Shown piece by piece: positions 43,467 through 53,244 of a stretch of 64,000 bases of DNA. Source of the stretch: Candidatus Nanopelagicales bacterium (lineage in GTDB: Bacteria; Actinomycetota; Actinomycetes; S36-B12; UBA5976); the NCBI GenBank assembly GCA_018402365.1, contig JAGYJD010000002.1, positions 2,859 to 66,858 of the forward strand. Reading direction: 5' to 3'. Position numbers and translations under genes: made by a program. The notes under the pieces are model-generated. The model did not search any database. It was not told the DNA's origin and saw only the letters and a program-made list of their open reading frames with translations. The stretch's first letter is position 1. Every line of letters starts with the position of its first letter.

Positions 43467-44294
43467 ATGGAATTTCAACTCAGGCTTCTTAAATTATCTT
43501 TTGCGCTGCAAGGATTATTGCAACCAGGTCGCACAATTTTGCGGGCAGTGAAATTGTTTTCTCAACCTCGCAAATATCCTTACAAAGATTGGGAGCAGGC
43601 AGCGCTGATGGTGGCTAAGCGGGGCAAGTTAGCGTCCGGGCTCAGTTACCTGCATTACCAAGTCCCCAATCCTCAAAAGCGAGTGCTGGCACTTCATGGA
43701 TGGGAGGGAAGGGCAACCCATTTTTATAACATCGCCGACTTTCTTAGTGCTAATGCAGTAGAAGTGATTGCTCTTGAAGCGGTAGCACACGGAGAAACGC
43801 CTGGAATAATTTCTCACCCACTATTTTTTAAAAAGGCACTTCTTGAAGCTCAAGCTGAATTGGGGGAGTTCGATTTTGTTTTGGGTCATTCAATGGGTGC
43901 GGGGGCGATGGTGATGGCACTAAACGACGGTTTAAGTGTTAAAAAAGCGGTGTTCATCTCAGGTCCTGCAACTTTTACCGAAGTTATGTGGAGATTCTGT
44001 GAGAGCATAAATCTACCTAAAAAATTATTCTCAAGATTTGGTCAAAAGGTTTCTGAACTTTCTGCAATTACCGAAGCGGTGGTTGATATTGAACACCTGG
44101 TCAGTAATTTGTCGACTACTGGTTTAATCATCCATGATCAAACTGATTTACTTATTCCTTTTAGCGACGGCGTGCGAGTTGCAAAAAAATGGAAAACTGC
44201 TGAGTTTTTTACCACAGATGGATTAGGACATCAAAGGGTGCTGCGGGATCCTGCGGTTTTACATAAAATCCAGGATTTTTTAATCACCAATTAA
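43467..44294 (+). CDS. alpha/beta hydrolase
   Basis: Nucleophile elbow GHSMGAG, HGWEG near the N-terminus, and a C-terminal GLGHQ (catalytic His). Confidence 0.7.
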   Translation: MEFQLRLLKLSFALQGLLQPGRTILRAVKLFSQPRKYPYKDWEQAALMVAKRGKLASGLSYLHYQVPNPQKRVLALHGWEGRATHFYNIADFLSANAVEVIALEAVAHGETPGIISHPLFFKKALLEAQAELGEFDFVLGHSMGAGAMVMALNDGLSVKKAVFISGPATFTEVMWRFCESINLPKKLFSRFGQKVSELSAITEAVVDIEHLVSNLSTTGLIIHDQTDLLIPFSDGVRVAKKWKTAEFFTTDGLGHQRVLRDPAVLHKIQDFLITN

Positions 44295-45225
44295 CTTCAT
44301 CTCGGGTGGGCGGATTTGCCCCAGCTCTAGTACAAGTAATCGCCGCCGCCGCTAATGAATTTGTAATCAGTGACTGCCATTGCTGAATCGAGATTTGTGA
44401 GTTCAATCCAGTATTACTTACCAAGTTAAAATCAATTAGTTGAGCTAAGAGTGCTGCGGCAAAAGTATCTCCAGCCCCAATTGTGTCAATTAAATTTACT
44501 TTTTTTGCCGGAAGAGAAATCTCAAGATTATTTTTCAAAAATAAACTGGCACCTGCTTCTGCTTTAGTCACGATAACAGCGTTAACCCCACTGGCAAGCC
44601 AGCGTTGAGCAATTTGAGCAGGGGTGCTTTCGCGATCGAGCCAAAATAAGTCTTCGTGACTGACTTTTACCAAATCGCTAAAAGCAACTATTCTCTCTAC
44701 CCGCTCTTTTAATGCTGGTGCATCTTGCACCAAAGTGGGGCGAATATTTGGATCAAAACTAATAGTTGCTAATTTTTGTTTCTTTATTTCCCTTGCCCAG
44801 CTCTCAACTGCAGCAGCTCCTGGCGCAGTAGCTGCGGTAAGCGAACCAAGGTGAACCACAACCACACCGGGGGGCAGTGGATCAGCTAATTCTTCTAGGC
44901 TCCAGCCAAAATCCGAACAATCATTTAAGTCAGCAAAATACGCGGCAGAACCATCTGGTTGGATTTTTGCTTCGATCACAAGAGCTTTATCTGACACTTC
45001 AATACTTGCGGAAACGTCAACCCCAGCAGTATTTAAATAATTCTTGATATCTTGACCAGTTGGGTCAAGTGAGATTCTGCCTTTAAAAAAACTTTTCACT
45101 CCTAAACGCGAAATGGCAAGAGCGGTGTTGGCGGGACTGCCACCAAAGATTCGCTCTTGCCTTCCGTTTAAATCTGTAACCTCATCAACTAAGGCTTCGC
45201 CAATAACCAAGCTAGCTTTTTGCAC
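44284..45225 (-). CDS. PfkB-family carbohydrate kinase (fructokinase-like)
   Basis: GGSPANTA near the N-terminus and the ATP-site motif TIGAGDTFAAALL. GTG start. Confidence 0.8.
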   Translation of the reverse strand: MQKASLVIGEALVDEVTDLNGRQERIFGGSPANTALAISRLGVKSFFKGRISLDPTGQDIKNYLNTAGVDVSASIEVSDKALVIEAKIQPDGSAAYFADLNDCSDFGWSLEELADPLPPGVVVVHLGSLTAATAPGAAAVESWAREIKKQKLATISFDPNIRPTLVQDAPALKERVERIVAFSDLVKVSHEDLFWLDRESTPAQIAQRWLASGVNAVIVTKAEAGASLFLKNNLEISLPAKKVNLIDTIGAGDTFAAALLAQLIDFNLVSNTGLNSQISIQQWQSLITNSLAAAAITCTRAGANPPTRDEVNW

Positions 45226-45242
45226 GTTTGGTTGTTGTCCTC

Positions 45243-46304
45243 TTAACTAATAGTTGTCTGTTCCCCGATTGCTGAGAACAAGTGCACCTTGGAAGGTCTC
45301 GCTCGCAACTTAGTGCCAGCTCGGTAACGGTCATTGCCCTTCACCCGAGCAACGATATCGGTGTCAGAACCGTCAACTTTGCCGTAAACGAATGCATCAG
45401 CACCTAGTTCTTCAACCAAGTTAACCGTTAACGGGATACCTTCTGAACCAATTTCAAATTCTTCTGGTCTTACCCCGATTAAAATTTGGTTATTGGTGGC
45501 ATTACGAGCTTCACGCGAAACTGGAATGTCAAAGTCACCTAAAGAGGATCCCTTTTCATTCAGGTCAAGAGTGAAAACGTTCATTGCAGGTGAGCCAATA
45601 AATCCAGCGACGAAAGCATTTGCTGGGTTTTCGTAAAGCGCACGGGGAGTATCAACTTGCTGCAGTAATCCGTCTTTCAAAACTGCTACGCGGTCACCCA
45701 TGGTCATAGCTTCAACCTGATCGTGGGTTACATAAACAGTGGTCGTCTCTAAACGCTTTTGCAAAGCCGCTATCTGGGTACGCGTTTGCACCCGAAGCTT
45801 GGCATCAAGGTTTGAAAGTGGCTCATCCATTAAGAAGACTCGAGGGTTACGCACAATTGCGCGTCCCATGGCGACTCGCTGACGTTGACCACCAGAGAGA
45901 GCTTTTGGTTTTCTTGTTAAGTATTGCTCTAAGTCTAAAAGACGGGCAGCTTCGTTAACCCGCGTCTGGATTTCTGACTTATTCATTTTTTGAATAGTCA
46001 ATGCAAAGGCCATATTTTCAGCTACTGTCATATGGGGGTAGAGAGCGTAGTTCTGGAAAACCATTGCAACGTCTCTATCTTTGGGTGCAACATCAGTGAC
46101 ATCATCTCCACCGATATAGATTGCACCAGCGTTTGTTGGCTCAAGTCCTGCCAACATCCGAAGGCTGGTTGATTTTCCACAACCTGATGGTCCAACTAGC
46201 ACCAAAAATTCCCCTGATTGGACAGTCATATTCAACATGTCTACAGCGGGTGCATGGGTCTTATCATAAATGCGCGTTGCATTTTCAAAACGAACTTCAG
46301 TCAC
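45243..46304 (-). CDS. msiK: stand-alone sugar ABC transporter ATPase (MsiK/UgpC/SugC type)
   Basis: Walker [10 protein letters not shown], signature LSGGQRQR, Walker B FLMDEPLSNLD, and a C-terminal TOBE-like domain. There are no adjacent permease genes. Confidence 0.82.
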   Translation of the reverse strand: MTEVRFENATRIYDKTHAPAVDMLNMTVQSGEFLVLVGPSGCGKSTSLRMLAGLEPTNAGAIYIGGDDVTDVAPKDRDVAMVFQNYALYPHMTVAENMAFALTIQKMNKSEIQTRVNEAARLLDLEQYLTRKPKALSGGQRQRVAMGRAIVRNPRVFLMDEPLSNLDAKLRVQTRTQIAALQKRLETTTVYVTHDQVEAMTMGDRVAVLKDGLLQQVDTPRALYENPANAFVAGFIGSPAMNVFTLDLNEKGSSLGDFDIPVSREARNATNNQILIGVRPEEFEIGSEGIPLTVNLVEELGADAFVYGKVDGSDTDIVARVKGNDRYRAGTKLRARPSKVHLFSAIGEQTTIS

Positions 46305-46397
46305 GGCAAACTCCTGTTCAGGTAAGTGTCCTACCGATTTTGACTTAACTTAGTAGATGCCCCGTCCTGAAACAAGTGCCCGGGGTGCTGTTTTTGC

Positions 46398-47222
46398 CTA
46401 CTTATTAATCCTTTTGAGGATTAATCCGATCAATTTGGCTAAAATCAAAATCACTAGCACCACGCCAATCCACGGCAAAACTAGTCCGAGGTAAGTGGTG
46501 CTGTTACCTAAGGTTTGCAGAACACTTTCTAGACCCTGTCTAAGCCCCGCCCAGAATCCAATTGGTCTTATTGCATCAAGCGCATCTTTTCTTGAAAGAT
46601 TTACATAGATGGACGCCATTTCAACTTGGTCGTCGAGATATTTTTGCTGCGAAAGCAATCCATTTAGCTCAGCCTGTCGTTCTGCTAAGGCACTTTCTGC
46701 TGAGATTAAATCAGAAACGCTAGAAGCTTCAGCTACCAATCCTTCAAGTCGGTCAATTGATGTTTCAAGAGATTGAATTCGGGCATCTAAATCCACGGCT
46801 TGTAAAGTCACATCAGTTTTCGAAGTGTTTAGTGATTCAACATCTCCTAACTTAACTACTTCATCAAGAAAAGGTTTATAATTAGTTTCTGGTATTCGCA
46901 CCAATAAATAAGCACTGGTTACTTTAGATTGAGTTGGATCTGTGTATTCCGATTGATCGTCAACTCGACCTTCCAAACTGTCAACTAGTGCAGTAACAGC
47001 AGCAATACTCTCGGTAATTTCGTCAACTCGAAGCGTGACAGAACCAGTTTGAATCACTTGGCGATCTGGGGGTATTGATTCGGCGCGTCCAATTTCTATT
47101 GAATCAGAGACAACTGCAGAGTCAGCTCCGCCATTAAGAGTCGAGTTGGTAAGTGGTCCAGAGCAGCCAGTTAGAAACAAAAAAACAGTTAATAGGGCCA
47201 GCGTAAATTTGACCTTAGTCAC
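46398..47222 (-). CDS. DUF4349 family lipoprotein
   Basis: Lipobox FLTGCSG, a coiled-coil centre, and a C-terminal TM helix, which is the typical DUF4349 layout. Confidence 0.6.
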   Translation of the reverse strand: MTKVKFTLALLTVFLFLTGCSGPLTNSTLNGGADSAVVSDSIEIGRAESIPPDRQVIQTGSVTLRVDEITESIAAVTALVDSLEGRVDDQSEYTDPTQSKVTSAYLLVRIPETNYKPFLDEVVKLGDVESLNTSKTDVTLQAVDLDARIQSLETSIDRLEGLVAEASSVSDLISAESALAERQAELNGLLSQQKYLDDQVEMASIYVNLSRKDALDAIRPIGFWAGLRQGLESVLQTLGNSTTYLGLVLPWIGVVLVILILAKLIGLILKRINK

Positions 47223-47275
47223 GATGACTCCTTTTTCGATAACTCTAATTATCGTCTGTGAATGAATTGCTTTAA

Positions 47276-47776
47276 CTAGCCTCGCCGCGAGTGGTCGCCA
47301 CCACGCAACTGGTCAAGCGCATGGGGGAGGATTTCTTCTAAAACGGTCATGGCATCGCGGACCCCTCCAATTGAGCCGGGCACGTTAATGATCAAAGTGT
47401 TGGTGCAAATTCCGGCAATTGCCCGAGAAAGCGCACTGTGAAAAACTCCTTGACTGATTCCATAGGCACGAATGGCTTCGCTGATTCCTGGCGATTCTCT
47501 TTCAATTACCTCTCTAGTCATTTCTGGAGTGACATCAGTTGGTGAGTGACCAGTTCCTCCCGTGGTTATCACTAAGTCAAAATTCTGCTTAACTGCCTTT
47601 AATAAGGATTCCTTTACGCTAACTCCATCTGGTATCACTTCGACTGCTTCGCAAGTTAAACCAAGTGAAGTAAGTTTTTCAAAGATCAGCGCGCCTGAAG
47701 TGTCTTGCCAGATTCCTGCCGCAGCTCTAGTAGAGACAGAAATTACTTTTGCGCGAAATGCACTTAGGTCACTCAT
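47276..47776 (-). CDS. MogA/MoaB family molybdenum cofactor biosynthesis protein
   Basis: [19 protein letters not shown] and INVPGS motifs. The ATG overlaps the upstream stop (ATGAGTGA). Confidence 0.8.
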   Translation of the reverse strand: MSDLSAFRAKVISVSTRAAAGIWQDTSGALIFEKLTSLGLTCEAVEVIPDGVSVKESLLKAVKQNFDLVITTGGTGHSPTDVTPEMTREVIERESPGISEAIRAYGISQGVFHSALSRAIAGICTNTLIINVPGSIGGVRDAMTVLEEILPHALDQLRGGDHSRRG

Positions 47777-49265
47777 TTTCTAGCAGAATTGAGCGGCGCG
47801 GAGTAGCAAATTTGTCACTTATTTCTTGCAATTCATCAGAGACTATTTTTTTTAATCTCTTGTCACTTGCCAAAATGGCCTTTAACTCAGTAATTATTTG
47901 GTTTAATTCTTTCTGCTCTGTTTCTAGTTCAATTCTTGAAGTTTTGGTAAGTCGTCGTAGTGGCATATCCAAAATGTAATTGGTCTGCACTTCGCTTAGC
48001 TTGAATGTCTTAATTATTTTTTCTCTTGCAACTTGAGCATCTTCACTAGCTCGGATAATTTTGATAACTTTATCGATATCAACTATTGCTAAGAGCAACC
48101 CTTCCACTAAGTGAAGTCGCTCATTGGCCTTTTTAAGCCTAAATTCACTGCGTCGAGTTACCACGGCTAATCGGTGCTTTAAGTAAACCTGTAACAATTC
48201 GGCTAGACCCAATGTGCGAGGTCGACCGTCAACCAAAGCGACAGAATTTATTGAAAAAGATTCTTCCATTGGGGTAAGGCGGTAGAGGTCTGCTAATAAT
48301 TCTTCTGGCTCATGACTAGATTTGACTTCAATTACGAGCCGTAGCCCTTTCTCACCGTCGGTCAAATCGGTAACTCTCGAAATTCCTTTTAGCTTCTTGG
48401 AATCCACCAGCGATTTAATGCGATCAATAATTCTCTCAGTACCAACATTGAAAGGTAATTGGGTAATGACGATTGCTTTTTTGCGGGAGGTGACTGATTC
48501 GATGCTCGCGCTAGCTCGGATTTTGAAAGTTCCGCGCCCAGTTGAATAAGCTTCTTGGATGTTGGCTAAATCCAAAATTTGCCCACCACCTGGTAAGTCC
48601 GGAGCTGGAATGTGTTTCATTAAATCAGCTAAAGAAGCTTTTGGATTTTCAATGTAATAACGCAACGCGCTTATCACTTCACCAAGATTGTGGGGCGGCA
48701 TGTTGGTAGCCATTCCAACAGCGATGCCGCTAGCGCCATTAACTAGCAGGTTTGGAAAAGCTGCCGGCAAGACACTGGGTTCAACTTCTCTACCGTCGTA
48801 ATTTGCTCGAAAATCTACGACATCTTCATCCAGCGAGTCAGTCATGCTTAAGGCGGCGGCAGTCAGGCGGCATTCGGTATAGCGCATTGCAGCCGGTCCA
48901 TCATCTAGTGAACCAAAGTTACCTTGACCGTCTATTAAGGGAAGTCGCAATGAGAACGGTTGCGCCATTCTGACCAAGGCGTCATAAATTGCGCTGTCAC
49001 CGTGTGGGTGCAATTTACCCATTACCTCGCCGATTACACGTGCGCTTTTTACGTGACCGCGCTCAGGGCGCAAGCCCATCTCGCTCATTTGAAAAAGAAT
49101 TCTTCTTTGAACTGGCTTTAACCCATCTCGGGCATCAGGTAAGGCTCTAGCGTAAATAACCGAATAGGCATATTCTAAAAAAGATTCACGCATTTCATCA
49201 GAAACATCAATATCGATTATTCGCTCGGGAGTACTAGCATCCAAGACTGTTTTCTTAGGTGACAA
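47769..49265 (-). CDS. type IIA topoisomerase subunit A (GyrA/ParC-like), breakage-reunion domain only, no C-terminal beta-pinwheel domain
   Basis: [36 protein letters not shown] and the active-site [10 protein letters not shown] are present. The ORF stops at residue 498, right after the PRRSI (RRT.I-like) boundary motif. Confidence 0.8.
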   Translation of the reverse strand: MSPKKTVLDASTPERIIDIDVSDEMRESFLEYAYSVIYARALPDARDGLKPVQRRILFQMSEMGLRPERGHVKSARVIGEVMGKLHPHGDSAIYDALVRMAQPFSLRLPLIDGQGNFGSLDDGPAAMRYTECRLTAAALSMTDSLDEDVVDFRANYDGREVEPSVLPAAFPNLLVNGASGIAVGMATNMPPHNLGEVISALRYYIENPKASLADLMKHIPAPDLPGGGQILDLANIQEAYSTGRGTFKIRASASIESVTSRKKAIVITQLPFNVGTERIIDRIKSLVDSKKLKGISRVTDLTDGEKGLRLVIEVKSSHEPEELLADLYRLTPMEESFSINSVALVDGRPRTLGLAELLQVYLKHRLAVVTRRSEFRLKKANERLHLVEGLLLAIVDIDKVIKIIRASEDAQVAREKIIKTFKLSEVQTNYILDMPLRRLTKTSRIELETEQKELNQIITELKAILASDKRLKKIVSDELQEISDKFATPRRSILLENE

Positions 49266-49276
49266 TTAAATAAGCC

Positions 49277-50170
49277 TTATTCGTTTGTTTTAGATCCCGA
49301 TCCAAACAAAATCTCGTCCCAACTTGGAACCGAGGCACGCTTAGGTTTGGTAGCGGGTTTTTCTTCTTCGGGTTCTTCTTGAGCGACCGATGATTCATTT
49401 GCATTTTCAACTTTAGGTATTTCTTGAGTTGAAGCAAACATCGAGGTGGTAGCTAAATTAGGAGTCGGAATAGGCATGGTTTGAGCCGCTGGGTCAGTTT
49501 GACCTGCGGGGGTGACCCAATTTGGTAATTCAGAATCTTCTTCAAAGGCAACTTCTTTCGGTACTGCCACTAACCTTGGAGTGGTGATTTCTGCGGCTGA
49601 TTCTTCTTCGGGAACATCAAGCAGCCATCTTGCAACATCATTTAATGGGGCAATGGTTGACACCGAAGAATCAAAAACCCAATGAGCTTCACTTTCTCCT
49701 TTTTTGCCCATAAAAGCTAGCGCCACGTTCCAGCGACCATCATCTCTGCGCCAAGCATCCCAACGCATTGAAGAGGGGTTTCCTCCACCATTAACCACTC
49801 TTGACTCAACAATGTCATTAAAAGCAGCGCTACCGCGAGCTTTTCTAATTTCTGTGGCTTTGGCTTTTTGTGAAATAAAATAACGCTCTTGTAAAACCGG
49901 TTGCTCATATTTTCTTATTCTGCTTAGCTCTATTCCGGTAACTTGGGCTAAATCTTCCGCAGTTATTCCACCACGAATACGAGCTTGAATTTCAGCAACT
50001 GTTAAATCTTGATTTTGATCTTGATCCTGTGGCTTTGGTCGTTCTTTCCACTGTCGAATTGCATCACGAATTTCTTCATTTATTTCAACTTGAAATTCGA
50101 TTCCATCGGAATCGCGCAGCTGCAAAAAAGCGCCATCTTCGCTTAGTTTGGCAAATCTTAACGCGCGCAA
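49277..50170 (-). CDS. sepH: cell-division protein SepH (DUF3071)
   Basis: N-terminal MRALRFAKLSEDGAFLQL, the HTH region LTVAEIQARIRGGITAEDLAQVTG, and the conserved C-terminal SVPSWDEILFG. TTG start after AAGGGA. Confidence 0.72.
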   Translation of the reverse strand: MRALRFAKLSEDGAFLQLRDSDGIEFQVEINEEIRDAIRQWKERPKPQDQDQNQDLTVAEIQARIRGGITAEDLAQVTGIELSRIRKYEQPVLQERYFISQKAKATEIRKARGSAAFNDIVESRVVNGGGNPSSMRWDAWRRDDGRWNVALAFMGKKGESEAHWVFDSSVSTIAPLNDVARWLLDVPEEESAAEITTPRLVAVPKEVAFEEDSELPNWVTPAGQTDPAAQTMPIPTPNLATTSMFASTQEIPKVENANESSVAQEEPEEEKPATKPKRASVPSWDEILFGSGSKTNE

Positions 50171-50208
50171 CTGATCCCTTTCAAAAATTAATTTTTCTAA
50201 GCCTAACC

Positions 50209-51435
50209 CTAGACAATTTCTTCAGAAAGTTGGCTTAAGTTGCGATCTGGTTGGTCGGCGCGCCTCAACCAAGGCAGTGAAATCACAGTTAACAAAAATC
50301 CCACGAGCCCCGAGAGTGCCACCAGCCAAAAGGCTGAATTGGAACCCGAGTTATCGATTAACCATCCAGCAAACGGGGCTGACAGCGAAAGCCCCAAGCC
50401 AGCTCCAGTGTTAGCCCAAGCCAGACCCTCCGTTAGCTGATCTTTATTTACTAGTTTTCCAACCAAGGTATAGCCAGTGATCAGGGCAGGACTAATTGCC
50501 AAACCAGCAAGCAAAAGTACCGGAAACATAACTTGAAATGAATCTATGAACGGCAGCACAAATAAAACCAGCGAAAAGAAAAACATAGAAATAGTGAAAC
50601 GAGTCGAGATCGCTCCAGTGAAGTTGGCAGTTCCGAAAATTACCCCAGCCACTAAAGACCCGAACGACCACACGGCAATCAGGGCACCAGCTAAATTCTT
50701 GTTACCGAGTTCTTGCGAGAAAGCCACAACGACAATTTCAGCTGCACCCCAAACGCCGCCAAACAACATAAAAATTAAAAAAACACTAATCATTCCTGGC
50801 ATCAAAATAGCGGGCTTACTTCTTTTTTGCCCAACTGGAAGCGGAGGAGGCTCAGTGGCTCGCTGAGTGGTGAACCAAATACTTCCTACTGTCACTAAAA
50901 AAATGGAAAGCATTAAACCTGACGCGTCAAAAAATGAGACACATAAAATTGTCACAATTGGTGGGGCTAGCACGAAAATAAGTTCATCAACCACACTCTC
51001 AAATGCAAATGCAGTGTTTAGCTGTCGATCAGATTTGGAAATAAACATCCAACGTGCGCGCACCATTGGACCGATAGCTGGCATCGCCAAGCCTGAAAAA
51101 ATTGCCGCAATAATGATCCAGGTGAAATTAGCGTCAAGTAAAACTAATCCAACCAAACTGGTTAGCCCCAGCGAGTGGACGATTAGCACCAAAGGAATTA
51201 CTCGGTGCTGTCCAAAACGATCTGCAAAACGAGAAGATATCGGTGAGCCGACTGCTGCCGCTAAAGATAAAGTCGCGGCCACTATTCCTGCCAGAAAGTA
51301 ACTGTCAGTTCGGGACTGAATCAATAAAACAGTGGCTAAGCCATACATGGCCATAGGGGAGCGGGCGATAAATCCAGCAAGGGAGAATTTTTTACTACCA
51401 GGCAGGCTCAAAATCGCTCTATAGGTTTTGAACAC
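50209..51435 (-). CDS. MFS transporter
   Basis: About 12 TM helices with an N-terminal YRAILSLPGSKKFSLAGFIARSP pattern. The start is uncertain: GTG at 51435 is preferred, while the ORF-track TTG at 51501 would overlap suhB. Confidence 0.72.
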   Translation of the reverse strand: MFKTYRAILSLPGSKKFSLAGFIARSPMAMYGLATVLLIQSRTDSYFLAGIVAATLSLAAAVGSPISSRFADRFGQHRVIPLVLIVHSLGLTSLVGLVLLDANFTWIIIAAIFSGLAMPAIGPMVRARWMFISKSDRQLNTAFAFESVVDELIFVLAPPIVTILCVSFFDASGLMLSIFLVTVGSIWFTTQRATEPPPLPVGQKRSKPAILMPGMISVFLIFMLFGGVWGAAEIVVVAFSQELGNKNLAGALIAVWSFGSLVAGVIFGTANFTGAISTRFTISMFFFSLVLFVLPFIDSFQVMFPVLLLAGLAISPALITGYTLVGKLVNKDQLTEGLAWANTGAGLGLSLSAPFAGWLIDNSGSNSAFWLVALSGLVGFLLTVISLPWLRRADQPDRNLSQLSEEIV

Positions 51436-51477
51436 GAAACAAATGCTACGACTACCCAGTAAGTAGTCTAGGTACCG

Positions 51478-52293
51478 ATGGATACTTCTTTGATAAATCA
51501 ACTGGAATTGATGGCGTTAGAGATCGCACACGCAGCAGGGGATCTTTTGGTCGATCAACGCCCCAGCGTAATGACGGTAGATACCAAAACTTCTGAAACA
51601 GATGTAGTGACCGCAATGGATAAGGCAGCAGAAGCATTCATAATCGAAAAGATTAAAGCTCAGCGTCCCAACGATCTATTTATTGGTGAAGAAGGTACGG
51701 TAAATAATTCTGATAATCCCACCAATGTTAAGTGGATTGTGGATCCAATAGATGGCACTGTCAATTATTTGCACAAGCACCCAATTTGGTCAGTTTCGAT
51801 TGGGGTAAAGGTCGATGAAATAACTCAAGTTGGAGTAGTTCACGCACCCTTGCTTGGTGAAACTTATTTAGCAATTAAAAATCAAGGTGCTTATTTAATT
51901 AATAAAAATGGGCGCGAAAGAGTTCAAATTACGAGAAACACTACGTTGAGTCATACCTTGGTGGCTACTGGCTTTAGTTATGAAAGCGCTAAGCGAAAAA
52001 AGCATGGACAAGTTATTGCAGAGATTTCAGACCAGGTGCGAGATTTCAGAAGAGATGGATCAGCCGCGATAGATTTATGCATGGTTGGGTTAGGTCGCGT
52101 TGATGCATATTTTGAAACTGGCCTACATCCATGGGATTACACAGCTGGCGCATTATTTGTAGAAGAAGCTGGAGGGAAAACTGGTGGGCTTGCTGGTAAA
52201 CCGCTCAGTAGTGATTTAGCGATTGCTTCAAATCAAGGAGTGTTTGAAGAGTTTTCTAATCTAATCAGAACTTGTCACAAGAAATTTTATTAA
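51478..52293 (+). CDS. suhB: inositol monophosphatase family protein
   Basis: FIGEEG, WIVDPIDGTVNY and a WDYTAG-type motif (HPWDYTAGALF). Confidence 0.85.
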   Translation: MDTSLINQLELMALEIAHAAGDLLVDQRPSVMTVDTKTSETDVVTAMDKAAEAFIIEKIKAQRPNDLFIGEEGTVNNSDNPTNVKWIVDPIDGTVNYLHKHPIWSVSIGVKVDEITQVGVVHAPLLGETYLAIKNQGAYLINKNGRERVQITRNTTLSHTLVATGFSYESAKRKKHGQVIAEISDQVRDFRRDGSAAIDLCMVGLGRVDAYFETGLHPWDYTAGALFVEEAGGKTGGLAGKPLSSDLAIASNQGVFEEFSNLIRTCHKKFY

Positions 52294-52808
52294 TCAATTC
52301 GTTTTAGTCCTTTTTTAAATTGTTCGCTTAAGTTGAGGTAGTTTTCTACAGAATCCTTGAAAGCATCTTTTAAAAACGCATTTTCTTTAATTTTTACCGG
52401 TACTCCCATTGCTAAGGCAAACTCTGGAATTTGCTTTCCCGGGGTGATTACTGCTCCCGCCGCGACCAAAGTGCCAGTTCCAACTTTCACCAACTCCAAT
52501 ACCGTAGCCCCTGATCCAATTAAGCATTCGTCAGAAATAATGCATCCCTCTAGATGAGCGTTATGACCTACTACACATCGATTGCCGATGATGGTAGGAG
52601 TTTGCTCGCGGCAGTGAATCACGGTGCCATCTTGAATTGAAGTTTCACTTCCGATTGAGATGTAGCTGCTATCTCCCCTAAGAACCGCACAGGGCCAGAT
52701 TGAAGCATGGTCAGCAATCCTCACATCACCGATAATGACGGCTTCGGGGTGAATGTATACAGTAGAAGCAATCTGAGGAGTCTTTTCAAAGAGTGAGTAA
52801 ATAGGCAT
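52290..52808 (-). CDS. gamma-carbonic anhydrase-like / hexapeptide-repeat (LbH) protein
   Basis: 172 aa with a left-handed beta-helix repeat pattern (IHPEAVIIGDVRIADHASIWPCAVLRGD, GHNAHLEGC). Confidence 0.8.
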   Translation of the reverse strand: MPIYSLFEKTPQIASTVYIHPEAVIIGDVRIADHASIWPCAVLRGDSSYISIGSETSIQDGTVIHCREQTPTIIGNRCVVGHNAHLEGCIISDECLIGSGATVLELVKVGTGTLVAAGAVITPGKQIPEFALAMGVPVKIKENAFLKDAFKDSVENYLNLSEQFKKGLKRID

Positions 52809-52947
52809 GGAATAAATTGTGCCCGTAGGGAGTTCTTCAGTCTTAGGTAGGCCTATTGTGGGTCAACTCACCTAGGTAAAAATATGCAAACATAGGAAAC
52901 TTAGGGCACAATCCTCGCCTATAGAGCAAAAAGGAGATTGAGAAACT

Positions 52948-53244
52948 GTGGCAACTGATTACGATGCCCCCCGCAAAACGGACGAAGAGTTAGCCGAAGA
53001 CAGCCTTGAAGATTTAAAGGCCAAACGAGCTGAAACCAATAATCCTCAAGCCGACGTTGATGAAAACGAAATTTCTGAAACAATTGAATTACCAGGTGCT
53101 GACTTATCTGATGAATCATTATCGGTGAAGGTGGTTCCAAAACAAGCGGATGAATTCACTTGTACAAAATGCTTTTTAGTAATGCACCGTAGTCGCATCG
53201 CAAGTGAGAAAAAAGGTGTATTGATTTGTGACGAGTGCGCTTAA
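52948..53244 (+). CDS. DUF4193 family protein
   Basis: ATDYDAPRKTDEE N-terminus, an acidic centre, and a C-terminal CxxC...CxxC (FTCTKCFLVMHRS...ICDECA). GTG start after AAGGAG. Confidence 0.75.
   Translation: MATDYDAPRKTDEELAEDSLEDLKAKRAETNNPQADVDENEISETIELPGADLSDESLSVKVVPKQADEFTCTKCFLVMHRSRIASEKKGVLICDECA

Noticed and set aside
50183-50196. A perfect 14-nt palindrome, AAAAATTAATTTTT, lies upstream of sepH.
   Set aside because: It is AT-only and short, so it is expected by chance in AT-rich spacers. There is no second copy or flanking motif to suggest an operator.
52842-52860. I considered an IdeR/DtxR iron box at cTTAGGTAGGCCTATTGTG.
   Set aside because: Only about 12 of 19 positions match the TTAGGTTAGSCTAACCTAA consensus as I recall it, and the dyad spacing differs. 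It is reported only as part of the TAGG-rich region.
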